Of a stretch of 64,000 bases of DNA, positions 61,538-64,000 are shown piece by piece (the stretch's first letter is position 1; every line of letters starts with the position of its first letter). The notes beneath the pieces are model-generated. The model was given only the letters and a program-made list of their open reading frames with translations. It was not told where the DNA came from and searched no databases. This stretch comes from Eledone cirrhosa (lineage: Eukaryota), in contig OZ024746.1 of the NCBI GenBank assembly GCA_964016885.1, positions 15,128,001 through 15,192,000 of the forward strand. The letters are read 5' to 3'. The translations under genes and the position numbers were made by a program.

Positions 61538-64000
61538 ACGAGTAGAGGCGCTGCCCGTGGTGGAAGTCTTCGTGAGGGGAAAGCCACAGCGAGCCCTCGT
61601 GGACACGGGCTGTACGACGACACTGGTGACCGCGGGGGTGGCGCAGAGGTGGAGAGGGAAGAGCAGCGTAAGGGCAGTCGACGACAGGAAAATTGAATGC
61701 CGAGGTCGCAGCGAGATGGAAATAGCGGTACGGGGAAGGAAAATAAGGCTTTCTGCCATCGTAGTAGACAGGGTGGTGGATGGGATCGGCGTGGTTATGG
61801 GCATGGACGCAATTGGCCGTCTAGGAGGCGTCACAGTGAACAACGTCGGTGTGTCGTTTGGCGCCGCTGCATCGGTATGCGCTGTGAGTGCGCGACAGGA
61901 GAACCAGAAGGCCCACGAGGAGAAATACCCCGCTTACACTGTGCAGGACAAAGACTTCAAGGCCGTGTTCGATGGGCAGCGATGGGTTGTTGAGTGGTAC
62001 TGGAAGGGATAACCACCAACACTGAAGACCAAAGTGGGCTGCTATCAACACACATTGAAGGGAAACATTAGGAGCGAGTTCGAGCGAGAGGTAGAGAGAT
62101 GGATTGAGGAGGGCATACTGCTTCCTTGGGAATACTGCTTCCCTGGAAAGAGGAGGTGAAGTGCGGAGTATTGCCGTTAATGGCGGTGGCGCAACCCAAG
62201 AAGAACAAGGTGAGGCCGGTGCTGGACTTTCGGGAGCTGAACGAGCACGTGTCATGCCACACGGGCGGCGAGGTCACGGATGTCTGTGGGGAAACCCTGA
62301 CTTGGGGAGACGCATGACTTGGGGTTCAGCAATCGTAGATCTAAAGTCGGCATACTTGCAATTGCATATAGATGAGAAGCTCTGGCAGTATCAGCTGGTC
62401 AGGTATAAGGGCCGGACATATTGCCTGACCAGGCTCGGTTTCGGGCTGAGCTCCGCACAGAAGATCATGGCGGCGGTCCTCAAGACCATTCTGGGAAAGG
62501 CCGACAAGATGAAGAGGGCCACTAACTTCTATATTGACGACATCCTAGTGGACGAGTCTGTGGTGTCGGCGGCGGAGGCCACGAGCCATTTACAGGGGTA
62601 TGGACTGGCTGCGAAACCGTCAGAAGCGTTAGAGGGAGGAGCCGCGCTGGGACTTAGGCTACGGCGAGACAGGACGGGCGTCTTGGTATTCCAGAGGGGA
62701 AATGAAGTTCCAGAACTGGGCCCAAGTAAGAGTAGGCGGGAGCTTTTCTCGGTGTGTGGAAAGTTGGTGGGTCACTACCCGATTGCTGGGTGGCTCCGGA
62801 CGGCATGCAGCTATGTCAAGAGACGAGCGGGAGGAGTGACTTGGAGTGACAGAGTGGGAGAGAGGACGGTGACCATGATGCAGGAGATCGTGAGGAGGGT
62901 GAAGGCCGACGACCCAGTGCGGGGACGCTGGTATGTTCCCAAATCACAGAGCGGGACCGTATGGTGTGATGCCAGCAGCATAGCGCTGGGTGTCACGTTG
63001 GAGATAGGAGGTGTTGAGGTCGAGGATGCAACCTGGCTTAGGAAGAAGGACGACTGCAACCACATCAATGTGGCCTAACTGGACGCAGTGTTGAGAGGGG
63101 TGAACCTCGCCCTGAGGTGAGGACTGCGCACCATCGAGATACGCACCGACTCGGCTACTGTACTCGGATAGGTGAGATCAGTGCTCACCAGTGAGAAGAG
63201 AGTGCGAACGAGAGGGGTGGCGGAGATGCTGATAAAGCGCCGCCTGGGAACTTTAGGAGAGCTGGCCACCGAGTTCGACCTGAGGCTGAGCGTAGTTTTC
63301 GTGCCCTCAGAGAAAAATAGGGCGGACGTCTTAACTAGGGTGAAGAAAGCCGAATGTAAGCGCCGGGGGAGGTAGAAGATGAGATAGCTGCCGTGTGTCG
63401 GCTGACCGAATCGGATCTGAAAGGGTTGCATGACATGCACCACATGGGATAGGAGCCTGTTCCTAGCCAGGAGAATCGACTCGGACGTTAACAGACACAG
63501 TGTCTCAAAGGGTGGTTAGAGGCTGCGTCCGATGTCAGTCCATTGATCCCGCCCCGGGTGTGCACTAAACGGGAAGCCTCCCGGTGGATCGCGACTGGAA
63601 GCGATTGGCGGTGGATGTAACGCACTACCGACAGGGAACGTACCTCTCGATGGTCGACTGTGGACCAGGACGGATGGCGATATGGAGGGAGATGAAGACT
63701 GGAACGGCCGAGGAAATCATGCGGACGTTGAGAGAGGTGTTCTTGGAGCGGGGCCCTGCGGACGAACTGCTGATGGACAACAGCGCAGCGTTCCGCTCGG
63801 AGGCGCTGAGGGAGATGATCGATGGATGGAAGGTGGACCGTTTCTTCAGAGCAGCGCAGAGGCCGAGCGGGAATGGAATTGTGGAGCGACACCACCGGAC
63901 GATCAAGGCAATGTCGGAGCGGGGCCATATCTCACCAATGGAGGCAGTGTTCTGGTACATGTCCCCTCGGGTGGGACAGCTCGAGGAATCGGTGCCACAC

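Larger units (their letters stand above)
60412..64000 (+). mobile_element. Gypsy-like LTR retrotransposon related to 43482-47622, runs off the window; degraded gag-pol
   Basis: 5' LTR TGTGG...CCACA 60412-60665; gag ~60800-61545 with zinc knuckles; ALVDTGC, FYIDD, WCDAS, LLMDN, GNGIVER; in-frame stops and a 16-bp duplication near 62116-62146. Confidence 0.92.

Overview
Eukaryotic, AT-rich, microsatellite- and SINE-dense genomic DNA; the repeat landscape suggests a coleoid cephalopod such as an octopus (inference). Three host genes, all on the minus strand, can be built from GT-AG splice sites with consistent phases: (1) a single-coding-exon sterol delta-7 reductase (1068-2447) whose motifs resemble plant DWF5 more than vertebrate DHCR7; (2) a 5-exon polyprenol reductase SRD5A3 (24115-42159, 302 aa); (3) a 5-coding-exon secreted 192-aa signal peptide + PAN/apple + WSC protein (54328-60011). 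The rest is mobile DNA: a 5-kb hAT element with 8-bp TSD and two different transposase remnants, hAT/piggyBac/mariner MITEs, non-autonomous Helitrons, RTE LINEs with a PHD finger inside ORF2, RLE-type LINE, CR1 and Penelope remnants, about 25 tRNA-derived SINEs, large mini/microsatellites, and two related compact Gypsy-like LTR retrotransposons. The most unusual observation is in the LTR elements. Both lack the canonical TGG primer-binding site and instead carry, flush against the 5' LTR, 12 nt complementary to the 5' end (nt 1-12) of tRNA-Phe(GAA). Both also have a splice donor in U5 and a candidate acceptor just before gag, which would splice the PBS out of the mRNA. All calls were made by eye; family assignments rest on recalled motifs, not database searches.
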